Below, one piece after another: positions 51,560-64,000 of a DNA stretch of 64,000 bases (its first letter is position 1; every line of letters starts with the position of its first letter). The DNA comes from Octopus vulgaris (Eukaryota). The stretch spans positions 56,048,001-56,112,000 of the forward strand of contig OX597821.1 in assembly GCA_951406725.2 (NCBI GenBank). The letters are read 5' to 3'. Position numbers and translations under genes: made by a program. Below the pieces are notes generated by a model. It was given only the letters and a program-made list of their open reading frames with translations. It searched no databases and was not told the origin of the DNA.

Positions 51560-52160
51560 AATACTTATTTCTTTATTGCCCACAAGGGCTAAACATAGAG
51601 GGGACAAACAAGGACAGATAAAGGTATTAAGTCGATTATATCGACCCCAGTGTGTAACTGGTACTTATTTAATTAACCCCGAGAGGATGAAAGGCAAAGT
51701 CGACCTCGGCGGAATTTGAACTCAGAACGTAGCGGCAGGCGAAATACCTATTTCTTTACTACCCACAAGAGGCTAAACACAGAAAGGACAAAAAAGGACA
51801 GACAAACGGGTTAAGTCGATTATATCGACCCCCAGTGCGTAACTGGTACTTATTTAATCGACTCCGAAAGGATGAAAGGCAAAGTCGTCCTCGGCGGAAT
51901 TTGAACTCAGAACGTAGCGCGGCAGGCGAAATACCTATTTTTTACTACCCACAAGAGGCTAAACACAGAAGGGACAAACACGGACAGACAAACTGGTTAA
52001 GTCGATTATATCGACCCCCAGTGCGTAACTGGTACTTATTTAATCGACCCCGAAAGGATGAAAGGCAAAGTCGACCTCGGCGGAATTTGAACTCAGAACG
52101 TAGCGATAGACGAAATACTGTGGAGCATTTCGCCCGGCGTGCTAACGTTTCTACCAGCGC
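51560..52160 (-). mobile_element. SINE family A trimer
   Basis: Equivalent positions 51745, 51932, 52116; same cgaaatacctattt junction. Confidence 0.9.
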
Positions 52161-52565
52161 GTGCAGTGTTCATCGTACACGACAGCAGTCCTGCTATACC
52201 GAATTTCTATCAAGTTTGTTTTTATTTGTCAGTAGCTTTTGGTGATTTGTAAAGCTGGATTATGTCAGTGTGCAACAGATGACGTTCTTCAGTTATCTTT
52301 GGTGTTTGTAGCAAATGATGGTGCCGCTATTTTAGTGTGTTTGTGTTTATAATGTTTCTTTGTACTGAGCGTGAAGGATAAATTCTCGTATAATGATGTG
52401 GTCACTGAGTTCTGCGATATTGTAGAGTGGTTGTTTGTGTAGGGGCCGATCTTACATGCTATATTAAATTTTGCAATGGTCGGTGGCTGTGGGTTTACTG
52501 CTGCAAATCATTTTGCCCTGCACGAACTTCTCTTTTCAGGATTTTATAATTTTTATTGTGTAGAC

Positions 52566-53213
52566 CAGTGGTTCTCAAATTGTTTTTTGCCTGTGGATCC
52601 CTTTGATTCTTATTTTAATCAGATTCACTTCCATAGTCATACGATGTTTAAAAAAAATCTTATATTTTTGTAATAAAATATTATTAGCAATTGTATTTAA
52701 AAATACATCTTCCCACCTGATTGGAGATCTTCCGAGTGGTCTCTTCTGCTCGGGCGGATACACTTGATAACTGCGTGGGTCCACCGACCGTCATTGTACC
52801 TTGCGACATGACCTGCCCCTTTGTAGCTTTGCGTGGTGGTATTCTGCGACGGCGTCCTTCACTCCGGTTATATCGCTGATCTCCTCATTCCGGATGTCAT
52901 CACTTAGCGAGATTCCCAGTATCGACCCCTCCATGGCTCCCTGCGCCGTTGTTCTCTCTTCGTCAAGGCCCAAGTCTCACATGCGTATAGAGGATTTAAG
53001 AAAAATGTTTGGGGTAACGTGGAGGAGAGTGGTGAGAGGACGAGGAAAATGGAGCCAGTTCTGTGGCCAGTGGACCCGATCACTAGCAGCTATGCCTATC
53101 CATGTGATCCAAGTGATTTGAAAATATTTTGTGTTTTGTAGAAATATAAGCAATTTATTGCAGATAAATTTTAGGAAAAAAAACCTTATATGGAGTCCGG
53201 TTGATAACTACTG
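52566..53213. mobile_element. hAT-like MITE interrupted by RTE-like LINE 3' fragments (52705-53120, partly inverted)
   Basis: TIRs cagtggttctcaa / ttgataactactg; - strand AMEGSILGISLSDDIRNEEI...GVKD and KRPLGRSPIRWED; + strand DLRKMFGVTWRRVVRGRGKW. Confidence 0.65.
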
Positions 53214-53357
53214 TTGTATATGGTTGTGACATTGTCTGCGAAGAGGCAGTATCTGTTTTCTGATGGCGTTGCAAAATCATGTAAGCATGAAATAAAATAA
53301 ATGGAAAAGCGGTTTTACACTTTTAGAACACATTTTGAGAATTTGAAAGATATACAA

Positions 53358-53528
53358 TGTTTGTGTGTCTGTGTTTGTCCCCCTAGCATGACAACCGATG
53401 CTGGTGTGTTTAGGATACTGGGCTTACAAAGAATAAGTCCCGGGGTCGTAGTTGCTCGACTAAAGGCGGTGCCCCAGCATGGCCGCAGTCAAATGACTGA
53501 AACAAGTAAAACAGTAAACAGTAAACAG
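53358..53528 (+). mobile_element. 5'-truncated SINE family B between 171-bp direct repeats
   Basis: ggcggtgccccagcatggccgcagtcaaatgactgaaacaagt + (AACAGTA)3 tail; flanks 53187-53357 and 53529-53699. Confidence 0.85.
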
Positions 53529-54349
53529 TATATGGAGTCCGGTTGATAACTACTGTTGTATATGATTGTGACATTGTCTGCGAAGAGGCAGTATCTGTTT
53601 TCTGATGGCGTTGCAAAATCATGTAAGCATGAAATAAAATAAATGGAAAAGCGCTTTTACACTTTTAGAACACATTTTGAGAATTTGAAAGATATACAAG
53701 TTTTGTTAGGATTGGCGATCTGAGAAATACTTAGCCATCTGTTTTCGAGTGTTTTTTAAAGAGACGATGAATAATTTGTTTATAAGTAGTTCACTAGGAA
53801 CCTGTGTTTGGGATGTTTTAGACACTTGAACTTCAAGGTCATGCTTATAAGTGTAAGGTGTGTAGCTATGCTTTTTTTTTTTTTTTTTTTTTTTTTTGCT
53901 TTTATGTAGTCCATGGTAACTGATTTATTTATATATATGTTTGATAATTGATTTTACTTGAGATCAGAGTGTTTGTTGTTATAAAAGTTATGGAGAAGAG
54001 AAGAGAAGATGGGTGGCTATTTTTGGAACAGAAACTCCTGCTGCTAATTATATATTTTACTGCGTGTTTATAGTCGATACAAGTGTTTATAATTTAAAAA
54101 AAACCTTTTTGTTGTTTTGTTTTTCTTTTTTCTTTTTTTTTCCATTCTCTGCTCTGTTTAGTTGCGATGTAATATGTTTGATTTTTGTGTGTACTGATAT
54201 GATATTTATCCATATTACAACTCCGAATATTATCAGACCGGATATATGTATTCTGGTAGTTTCTACATATTGTATTGAGTGTATGTGCCGAAAAATGTAT
54301 GCTGATGAGCGTTATGTTGTTGAATTTGCCAACGTAATTTTGCACTTCT

Positions 54350-54887
54350 CAAATTTCATACATTTTCTTACATTTACTTAATTTAATTAACTTATTATCA
54401 GAAGCGAACTCGTTTTTAATCAAATATTTATTAAAACATATCCCAGCACACCACATAATTGTTATTAATCGTGAATTATAGTCAATATCTTGTTGCTCCT
54501 CCTTTGGCAGCAATGACAGCTGCTACGCGGGTCGGCATGCTGTCTATGAGTGCTTGCAGGTACTGTGCAGGGATGGCCCCTCATGCAGCAAGAAGTGCCC
54601 CAAACAGCTCGTGTCGGTTCCTGTATTGCTGCACATTCAAATCCCTACCCAATCGACTCCAGAGGTTCTCAATAGGGTTCAGGTCAGGTGACTGGCCAGC
54701 ACGTACTCCTCGCCACCAAAGAGGTGTCCCGTACTATCTCAACGTACTTTGCTGCGTTGATGTTGCCTTCGACGGCATAGAGCCGCCCAACACCACAGTA
54801 GCTGAACGCCCCTCACACCATCAGACCACCCCCACCATGCTTCATGGTGAGCAAATCAAGGGTGCTAATTAATTTCTGACGGTAGTG
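54350..54887 (-). mobile_element. Tc1 element, internally deleted
   Basis: KHGGGGLMV*GAFSYCGVGRLYAVEGNINAAKY; SPDLNPIENLW; SMPTRVAAVIAAKGGATRY*; TIR cactaccgtcagaaattaattagcaccc next to TA at 54888. Confidence 0.9.
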
Positions 54888-55381
54888 TATGTATTCTGGT
54901 AGTTTCTACACCTATTGTATTGAGTGTATGTGCCGAAAAATGTATGCTGATGAGCGTTATGTTGTTGAATTTGCCAACCGTAATTTTGACACTTCTTGCT
55001 AGTGATTCGACCATGAATTTTATTTTTAAATGCTTTTCTTTTGATCATTGATATATATGAGGGTATAAAGACGATGAAAGTTAGATATCCATAAAAACAG
55101 CTGGGGATGTTTTATATGTGGTGTTGCGAAGTGTATTGGACAGAAAACTTTACCTAGCAAAGATATGTAATGTTAGTTTGGTAAGGATTGTCGGCGATAG
55201 GTTATGAGTTTTAGGATTTAAAGGATCTTTAATTGTAATATTAGTGTCCTTTGATATTGCTTTTTTTAGAAATAATTATCTTGTGTTGATCGCATTGAAA
55301 TTTCTCCAGCGATGTTATTTAGAAGCAAAACTTATATAGTAGAAAGCAGGAAGGTGGTGTGGTAAAGCTATGTTTATATTA

Positions 55382-55588
55382 TACGATGGTGTGTTGAAAA
55401 GTTCCTAGTTTTAAAGGTATCGTGAAAGGTCTAACTGGAGGCCCAACCTTCCTAGTTCTTTTACAGGGCCCAGAAAACACCTGATCGACTGCTGCAATAA
55501 GAGGAATATATTGAATAAAATCATAACTAACTGATCCTCCTGTATTTTCTTTTACCCAAAGCCAGGAACTTTTCAGCACCTCCTAGTA
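55382..55588. mobile_element. mariner-derived MITE
   Basis: TA-flanked imperfect TIRs gtgttgaaaagttcctagttt / aaagccaggaacttttcagcac. Confidence 0.75.
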
Positions 55589-56408
55589 TTAATGTTTGTT
55601 TCTCTGAGTTTTTCTTTTCTTTTTCTTTTTTGCTTGAATAGTTGAATTCTAGAATGTGTTTATGAACTTATTTTTATGTATGCTATGAGACTACAATCAT
55701 GGTTTGTCCTACGTCTGTTGTATCTGATCTTTGTTCACATAATTGTGGATTTGAAGGGTCCTGTGCAGAAGTGGTATTCCGTATGCTTTTAATTAAGCCC
55801 AGTCCCTTGCATTCATGAAGATCAATAGCTCTCAACTACTTTTTTTTTTATCTATAAACCCCTTTGAGTACAATTTTATTCTGGTGGATCCTCATAGCTA
55901 TTCAATGTTTAAAAACTAGTTTTATAGAAGCTTCTTTCAAAATTCCTATTTTCTTTTTCACTTATTAACATGTATAGGTTGAGCTCTGGAAAACGTTGGA
56001 GAAAGAAAACTTTATTGTTTCTTGCAATAAATACATCTAAATAAAAAGTTCTCATGGACCCTTAAACTGCTGTTGGATCTTACTATATTGCTTGCGTGGA
56101 CACACCTTCCACCAAAAAACAAAGGGAAAGTAATTTTATATCGACGCCAATTGAAAACCAGTGGTGTAGACCAAGCCTTTTGCCTAAGACTAAAGGAAGC
56201 TGCGAGGTTTCATGTTTGTTTTTCCCCTACGACACCTGAAAAATGTTTATTGTCCAATCTGTCCTTCCGTTTTTAAGACGATTGTTGTAGTTTCTCTCAT
56301 TAAGCTATTAGTTTTGTCGTCGGCGGTGTTACTGATGTGCTATGCTGGGTGAGATCGGCTTTGGAATCGGAATTTTTTCACATAATTAAACCAATAGCCC
56401 TTACGATT

Positions 56409-56804
56409 AAGGCGGCGAGCTGGCAGAATCGTTAGCACGCCGGGCGAAACGCGTAGCCGTATTTCGTCAGCTGTCACGTTCTGAGTTCAAATTCCACCGA
56501 GGTCGACTTTGCCGTTCATCCTTTCGGGGTCGATAAATTAAGTACCAGTTACGCACTGTGGCCGATGTAATCGACTTAACCAGTTTGTCTGTCCGTGTTT
56601 GTCCTCTCTGTGTTTAGCCCCTTGTGGATAGTAAAGAAATAGTCATTTCGTCTGTCATTTCCTTCTGAGTTCAAATTCCGTCGAGGTCGACTTTGCTTTC
56701 ATCCTTGCTGGGTCGATAAGTTAAGTACCAGTTGCGTACTGGGGTCGATCTAATCGACTGCCCCCTCCCCCAAAATTTCGGGCCTTGTGCCTAGAGTAGA
56801 AAAG
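56409..56804 (+). mobile_element. SINE family A dimer with two different tails, within one TSD
   Basis: TSD aatag(c/t)ccttacgatt at 56393-56408 / 56805-56820; junction aaagaaatag|tcatttcgtctg at ~56640. Confidence 0.9.
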
Positions 56805-57399
56805 AATAGTCCTTACGATTTTCTATGTCGGGATTCAAGCTTTGATTGCTGAAGTTATTGGACTTTGATATGTTGACTTGCATTCAGTTTCTACCACCTT
56901 TGTACTGGGATGTCCTATTTTTTCGACATTGTGGTTCTTTATTCCACAAAGAAACGTCCCCTTTGAACATTGTCCGCTCGTAATTGTTGGTATAACCTCT
57001 GTATCACTAACATTGGCTACAAGTTGGAAAGTATGAAACTTCCTAGTAATACTTTTTTACATCTAATGACATAAATGTATCACTATCATAATTATCACAT
57101 CTAAAATGTCCTTCTTCTTAAAACAGATCTAATCTGTGAAGGGGTGTCATTTCCATATTTTTTTCCATTTTGAAATGCTAACCATTAGCTTCAGTTTCGG
57201 TTTCTAAACCAATTATTTCTCTTTCACAGACGTCCCGGTTATGATCATTTGGTAATTTTGGTACAGCGTAGGTAGGATTGCATAATCTATGTTCAAATTT
57301 AGCGTTATTTACGAGTTAGAGAAGGTGATAGTTCTTCATTGGTACAACTCATCAACCAATCGAATATGAGCATCACAAAAATCCTAACCATATTTTAAT

Positions 57400-60300
57400 T
57401 TCATTATCAAGTTACTATTTCCTAAAATTTATTTCACTTCCTAGAAATACTCCATGACTCATGTAATTTAATATTCTGAAATATGTTCTAGGTTTCGATC
57501 CTTTGGTAGAAATTCCATCAATTCCATCAGTCACAAACACGTTTCCAGCTATATTTTTCGTTGAAAGTGATAAGCTGTCAAGATGAAAGTTTGATAAAAT
57601 TTCAGATTTTGCAAGTTAATGCATTCTGGATGTATCTCAAAAAGTTAAATTCATTTTGCATATCTACAGTGTACGTACTAATTGAGGTAATTGATACTTC
57701 TCACTTAAAATACGTTCTTCATATTCCAACCGAAAATATTTTTGTTCTCCAGATGAGGCTTAAAGAAAGGAATGATAGAAAGACATAGAAAGAAATTAAG
57801 TGACACTGTAAACAAATATATAAACCAAACCAAACACTCAGTCTTCAGTTATTTGATATTAATAATTGTTTCTAATTTAAGCATATAGCCAATAATGTAG
57901 GAGAATGGGTTAGTTGATTAGATCGATCCCAGCACTTGATTGGTACTGTTTAAATCATTCTTAGTTGAAAATGAATTCAGAACGTAAAGAGCTATGTCTT
58001 GAAACTAAAATTAATATCAATACTTAATATCAATACTAAACAATCTGTAGTATATAAATAATGAATTGATCAAATGAAAAAATATTCATAAAATATTGAT
58101 CTTTTTTCGTACTCACAGATTGACTGTTTCAAACATGGAATATTTGCATTGAATCCGCGACTGAATTGATCAAAAGCTCTTGCTTTAAAGATGTGGAAAA
58201 TTGTTTTTGATCCCAGAGAGAAGGATTAAGTTCCTGACGACCTGAATCTGACAAAGGTTTGTTTCCAAAAATTGTTCTCGGACATTTGAAATTCTCATGT
58301 AGTCAACTGTTGAGACAGAAATTCATTCCATTAAGCTCACTTGTTTTTCACACACTTTATGCGTATGAAATCATTGATAGTGACGCAACTAATCGTCAAG
58401 ATTTACAAAATTTTAAGTTTATGAAACAGATTTTGCTGCCAGTAAAGATATCTGCTTTGCAGCTTTAACGATCTAGAGAGAGAAACAATGCAGCCATTTG
58501 CTACCTTCATTAATTGTTTTTGTAAAAGATCCAGAAATAGCCGCAACGTTTCTGCATGTAATACAGGTTCAGTTCCTCTAATTCAAATCATGACAGTTAG
58601 GTTAACACTCATTAAAGTCATTCTGCAATTATGTTACTCCTTTATTCAATAGAAAATTCAAGTTCTAGTATCCTAATGAGTTTTCCATGTAATAATAACG
58701 ATTCTCCTTCACTAAGCTCATAAATATTCAAAATATATTAAATGAAACTTCGATATACATTATTAAGGTGAAAAGGCACATCAATTCTGATTCATATACC
58801 ATATACGGAAAATAGGAAATAACATCCACCGCGATGCTATATGAAATTTTGACAACAAAAGGTGATGACATCGAAATTAGGAAGGAAAATGTCAATATAC
58901 AACAGCTGCTTGACTAGAATAAGAAAAGTTATATATGAGAATACTCATCAAATATTACATCAAACATTTAACTGTTGATATCCTACGCTTCGGTATTACT
59001 TTACAATTTACTCTACATTTACACAAACAGTCATTCATATATTCCAAGATCCTTGCAAGTAGTTAACATTTACGGAACTAAATTATATTGATTTCTTATA
59101 CATAGTTAATATTTATAGTTTGAAGGAAATTAAAATGTCTAGCGCTCATGATTGTTTAAAGTCAGTATTAATGTACTTGAAATGATAAGGCTAAAAACTA
59201 CGAATCAAAAATATGGCTGCTCGACAACACGCATAAGAATTACTTTAACTCTTTACTTGTTTGAGAATCAGAAGGCGGACGTTATCTAGCTAATATTTGT
59301 CGGAAGACAGTATTAAGAACAGTTAGTTGCCAATAATGCCACTGATGGCGTTGTGAATGTGAAATAGAAGATAAATTCAATAATAGGTAGTCTTTCTAGC
59401 AAAATTCTATAAATTACTTCTAGATTTTGGACACATAGAGCAATAACTTCCTACATAAGAAATACTTTATTCCAGCATTTAATATTACCACCACTGAGAT
59501 ATTCTGAATGATCTTAATGACGTTTCTTATATCAGTTTTTAATCTAATTTTCTCAACCGAGTTATATGTAAAGAAGGCATTTTCAAACAAGAATTTGTTT
59601 ATTAAATCTAGATTTTCGGATCTTATATATATATCCCAAATGTTGAACGTAATACGCAAACATTGAACTTATATAACTCAGTTTATCAATTTCATGGGGA
59701 TGAAAATGGCATCTACTTATGCACCATGGTAGCATCCTTTTAACATGGACTAATGTCCAAAGGAATTATGAAGATGTGCTTCATTTATTACTTATCTTCG
59801 CAATAGTTATATGCCCTCCAGGTTAAGTTTCACATTTATTTACATGAAATCAATTAACTTGTGGAAAACACCTTTATACGTCTGTTTATTAGACGATTGA
59901 AAAACATAACGAAGATTTAGTTGCTCCTCCTACTAACGTTTATTGAAACAGGCTAGAAATTTGAATAGTTACTACAGAAAAGACCCACTCCAAATTTTGT
60001 TCTTTTGATCCAAAAGCATCTAAACAAGGCTCGGCCGCTCACGATGTAATACTCATGGAATGTTTATGTAATATCATCTCATTGTCAGTAGAAGTATTTA
60101 TTCGATATTTCTTGTAATTAAATATTCTTTAGTTAAGAAAAATTTGCTTCTTAACAAGAGTTTTTTTTTCACTTCCCAGTGTGGAAAAATACTATATTAA
60201 ATTTGATTTGAGCACGAAATGTGAAACAGCTCGCCTATTTGATTCACACTCAATTAACTCAGGTGCATCCAAGAATCGGCTTTATCTACAACACTATGTC

Positions 60301-61250
60301 TACTTTGCATCAGTGACCTACTTACTATTTCCACCTGCAGGGCCAGCTTTTACACGGACGAATATTACTTTCCTCTCAAAACTTTCACATCCCAGCCTCA
60401 TCCACTTTGTAGTAAATCTTAACTGACTACAGGAAGAGGAACCTCGAAAATATCCTCCTATGGAGTCATGCCGAATTTATTTCCTTGAAAAGTGAACGCT
60501 AGTTGTGGCTGATAAATGGAAACCTGAAACTAGAAACTGAAGCGCTAATCATAGCCGCTTAGTAACAAGTCATTAGGATGAATCTTATAAAGGCAAAGAT
60601 TGCTAAATATAAGTCAAGGAGGAAACTCAGAATCTGTGAGAAAAGAGACGAAAGTATAGAACAGTACTTATTGCTGTTGTTGCGTTATCACTATTAGGAG
60701 AATTGTTGTTTTGAGGTTTAGTGATAATAAGTATCCTCAAATCTCAAGAATCTTTCTTGGGATCCTTACAAAATACGAAATTGCATTTTTCTGCAAGTTG
60801 ATTATGCCTGTCTCAATTCACTTGAACCACACGGATCAAGAAAGGTAATTTACTTTCTTTTCCGAGCAATATACTTCAGAATATGCACACACCTTATTTG
60901 TACCCAGAAGAATGGTCTCCTTGATGGCCATTGTATCTATATTAAGTGACCCGAGAACATATGGCAAGAATGCTTACTTCAAATTACACATATCAGGTGA
61001 AAAAAGGAATAAGTTTGTTCCTGAAAAACGAGAAACCTGTTCCGTTAGCAGTCCATGAAAAGCTCTTCGAAAGTCGCTTATCTTTTTCTTTCAAAATGCC
61101 ACATATCACGTGGAAATTTTTCACTGGTGGGGGGGGCTCTATAAATACAAAAAACTTATCAGGGAGGTTGTGTGGAAGGCTTATAAATGTTTCCTTGTGT
61201 GTTTGCAAGTTTTTATACATTAACTACATTGTTGTACGAAAGAAGGATAA
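57400..61250 (-). mobile_element. Very old Hero/R2-like RLE non-LTR retrotransposon relic
   Basis: Colinear minus-strand remnants: YKN (61220), RLSKSFS..NGTGFSFF (FRPISL.N.EGKIFF-like), IDTMAIKE (YIDT..QK-like), DDIT (~60080), AFDQ near 58170; many stops and frameshifts. Confidence 0.35.
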
Positions 61251-64000
61251 TGTAGAAATGTTTTCTCTGTTTTTATTTAAAACAGGTCCAACGCCCTGAA
61301 AGGACGAAAACGAAGTCAATCTCAACCAGATTTGTATTTAAATCATAAAGATAGGCAAGCAAATAACGTAGGACATTTATCCGAGACTACCGATTCAACC
61401 AAGCTACCGCTCTATTTCTTTTTAGTAAAATATATCGTCTCAAGTACTTGACTACAATTTTGTTATATTGATGAAAGATGAATAAGGAAAATACGAAGTT
61501 GACTCAGGCTGGATCTGAAGATAAGCGAAAAGACGAAACTAAATCCTACAAGATAGAGTTTCCGGTGCAGTACTGTTTCTAACAATAATGATAGCAATCT
61601 CGCACATAAGCACAATATCATGAAATTTTCGAGACGGCGGTGGCGATTATATTCATTTCCAATACTTGACCGAATTTTGCCAATTTTATTCCATATACAA
61701 GCTTACATTTCTATTTGTGATTCACATGTAATGGTTTGTATATTTATTAGAATTAGTCTAAATGCAGTGGAGTGGCGTAAAGATTACCATAATAAAATTT
61801 CTACAGTCCCTTTAAAATTTGTGTACGTCATTCAATACATCAATTTTGTCCAAAATTCTACAAATTACAATTGCCAAGCATGTTCTTAATTCTTTTCTTG
61901 TTGGTGTGAGATGACTAGGTTTTACTGAAGAGGTCTGATATGCAGACAGGTATCGTTTGCTGACATTATGCTTGCCAACACAGAACAACTTTCTGTCTGA
62001 GTATAAACATTTTTATCTGCGAAAGCAATGCTTCATTTCTTGAAAATATATCCCCTTTTCTTTTGCGCGTCATTCACAATTATCCTTAGCTTTTTCTTTG
62101 CGTTCTCCAGTTAAGGGAAAAACTTTCGATCTTGAAATAAATTTTTATGCACGTCATTCAGTTTTATCACCACCTGTCTATGTTAATTTACTGTTGTCTT
62201 AAATATATGATTCATGACATCGCAAAACAGTAATTCAGAAATGAAAACTAAACAATGACCGCATAATCTGTTTAAAACTATTTTTGTGCTCATTGAGTGG
62301 ATCATAGCCTGTCAGTGTTTGAAATATCTATATTTCAAAGTGAAGTGTTATTGAAGAAAATTAAAGGAGGAGAAAAAATAAAATTATATTTCTGATAAAA
62401 TTACGCGGCCTCTTGACAAAACACCGACCTCCACCCTATTTCGTTACCTACTTTCTGAATTCAGCTCCAGTTGCGAACCAATCTTCGCTTTATATCTCCA
62501 TATCTATTAATAAACTTACTCCACAAATCTATTCTTTACATTGCAAATTTTATAATATCATTCAATAGTGAATTTGTGACTAGACTTTAAAACTTTATAT
62601 TTATGATAAAACCGATATAGAAAATTAAGATTTTTATTGCTTTGCTAAACGCCATAGAAGTAAATGTAAAATGAATCATAGACAGGTGGAAACTGAAACT
62701 GTAACATATAGTAAACACACTAGGTATATAATTTTAAATTTGCATCACCCGATAAAGAACGATTTTCTTATTGTTTGGTGGCAACAATAAATCACTTACT
62801 TTGAAGATGTTCTGATCAGGTGTTTCCGCGGCGAACATAATGATATAATAAATCTTACGTTTACACATGACGTCAGGAATACCAACTCCTACTCAGCTGA
62901 ATACTAGAGTAAATAATGATTGCAGATGTGTTCTTTTGTATTTTGTAACTTAAAGCATCGTTCTTGTACATCTTAAATAGCATTTAATTATACACGACGC
63001 TAGAGGTAAACTACCAACGAGTTGAATCAGGTATCTGATTTCGCTTCTCACCAGTTTCGGACGAATTGATTTAAGTCAAACAAGCTACTTTCTAACCAAT
63101 CTTAAATCTGAGGTCTTCTACCCCCACCCCACCCCCAAAAAACAATTATGTAATACTTTGAGAGTAGAAAATATTCTATCTTTTGGGTACTTAATGAGAA
63201 TCGTCTTTGTTTTTTTAAGTGATAACATGGAATTAAAAAAATTGAGTTCTTATTAGTCTTATGAGCTGAAATCCTGCCCTCACCCTTTATCCTGCAACGT
63301 ACAGGACTGAACAGAAAAATTACTAAGTGTTGTATCTACTGGTCATGTACTTCATAAGAAAAAAAATGATAGAGAGCAATCTCTATTGATATATTATCAT
63401 TGCCGTATTGTTCCAAATTAAAATTGATAAAAATGAATCTCTGTCATCGGCACCACGAGTGTAGCTCTTGTGTGTGAAATGCTTCCGATTAATCTTTTCA
63501 AACGCACGGGCTCTTAGACAATGCATGAAAGATGAAGTTGTTGTTTGTGTAGTAATAGTAGTATCAGTTATTTTCGGTTTATTTTCTGACCTAGGGTTTT
63601 CATGAATTATTCTTCCTTTGTCTTTCATAGTTAATCATAAATATTATTTTACCATAGTTTACAATCTGGAGTGTTGGCTATATCCGGATCAGTTTTGCAT
63701 TTAGAAATCTTATAAAGTATTCTTCTCTTGCCTTTCATAGTTGATCATTTTCATCGTTTATTTTGTAAAATGGGAATGTTTTAAATTTTCCATTTGCACA
63801 GATATCCAGGTGTTCCCTGCCTGGGACATTCCTAAGAGATGAATACCTAATATGTTGTTTATGCATATCTACACGACTGGTCAGTTTACTCCCTGTCTCC
63901 CCAATGTAGCTTTCATTGCATTGTGAGCATATGATGCAGTAGATGAGGTGTTTTGTTTTGAAATTCGTGTTTACACTTTTAATTCCTTCTCAATCTTTAC

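Larger units (their letters stand above)
53760..55950 (-). mobile_element. Decayed Penelope-like element RT region, interrupted by Tc1 and a mariner MITE
   Basis: Minus-strand ITIKDPLNP..., FIV/FIPS (DIxxFYPSI-like), AYGIPL remnants. Confidence 0.5.

Noticed and set aside
50596-52160. Regularly spaced ~185-bp repeats that could suggest a CRISPR-like array
   Set aside because: The whole unit repeats with no unique spacers, there are no cas genes, and the context is a eukaryotic SINE with TSDs
54459-54872. 137-aa plus-strand ORF
   Set aside because: Antisense shadow of the minus-strand Tc1 transposase
63383-63628. 81-aa minus-strand ORF in non-repetitive sequence
   Set aside because: No recognisable domain or splice context; length compatible with chance

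Overview
AT-rich, repeat-saturated eukaryotic DNA that is intergenic or lies in a large intron. It is most consistent with an octopus (cephalopod) genome, an inference from the tRNA-derived SINE families and the dense TA/CA/TAGA/TAA microsatellites. I found no intact host protein-coding gene, rRNA, true tRNA or CRISPR array. Most ORF-track entries are microsatellite or SINE artefacts. Recognisable content: many tRNA-derived SINEs (one family occurs as monomer, dimer and trimer concatemers, each inside a single TSD); decayed non-LTR retrotransposons (R4/Dong-like, RTE-like, Tx1-like, I/Ingi-like, very old Hero/R2-like); Penelope-like elements; three Chapaev3-like transposase relics; Tc1/mariner relics and MITEs; and two non-autonomous Helitrons with intact termini. 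The most notable hidden signal is a set of minimal type-I hammerhead ribozyme motifs (18553, 22801, 29550, a head-to-head pair at 30641-30720, 42178, and a split one at 47340/47907). They sit in short non-coding, microsatellite-embedded and sometimes fold-back repeats, which looks like a Penelope-dependent, retrozyme-like system. There is also a 171-bp target-site-like duplication and several locally templated insertions. All family assignments come from motif recognition by eye, not database searches, and boundaries of decayed elements are approximate.
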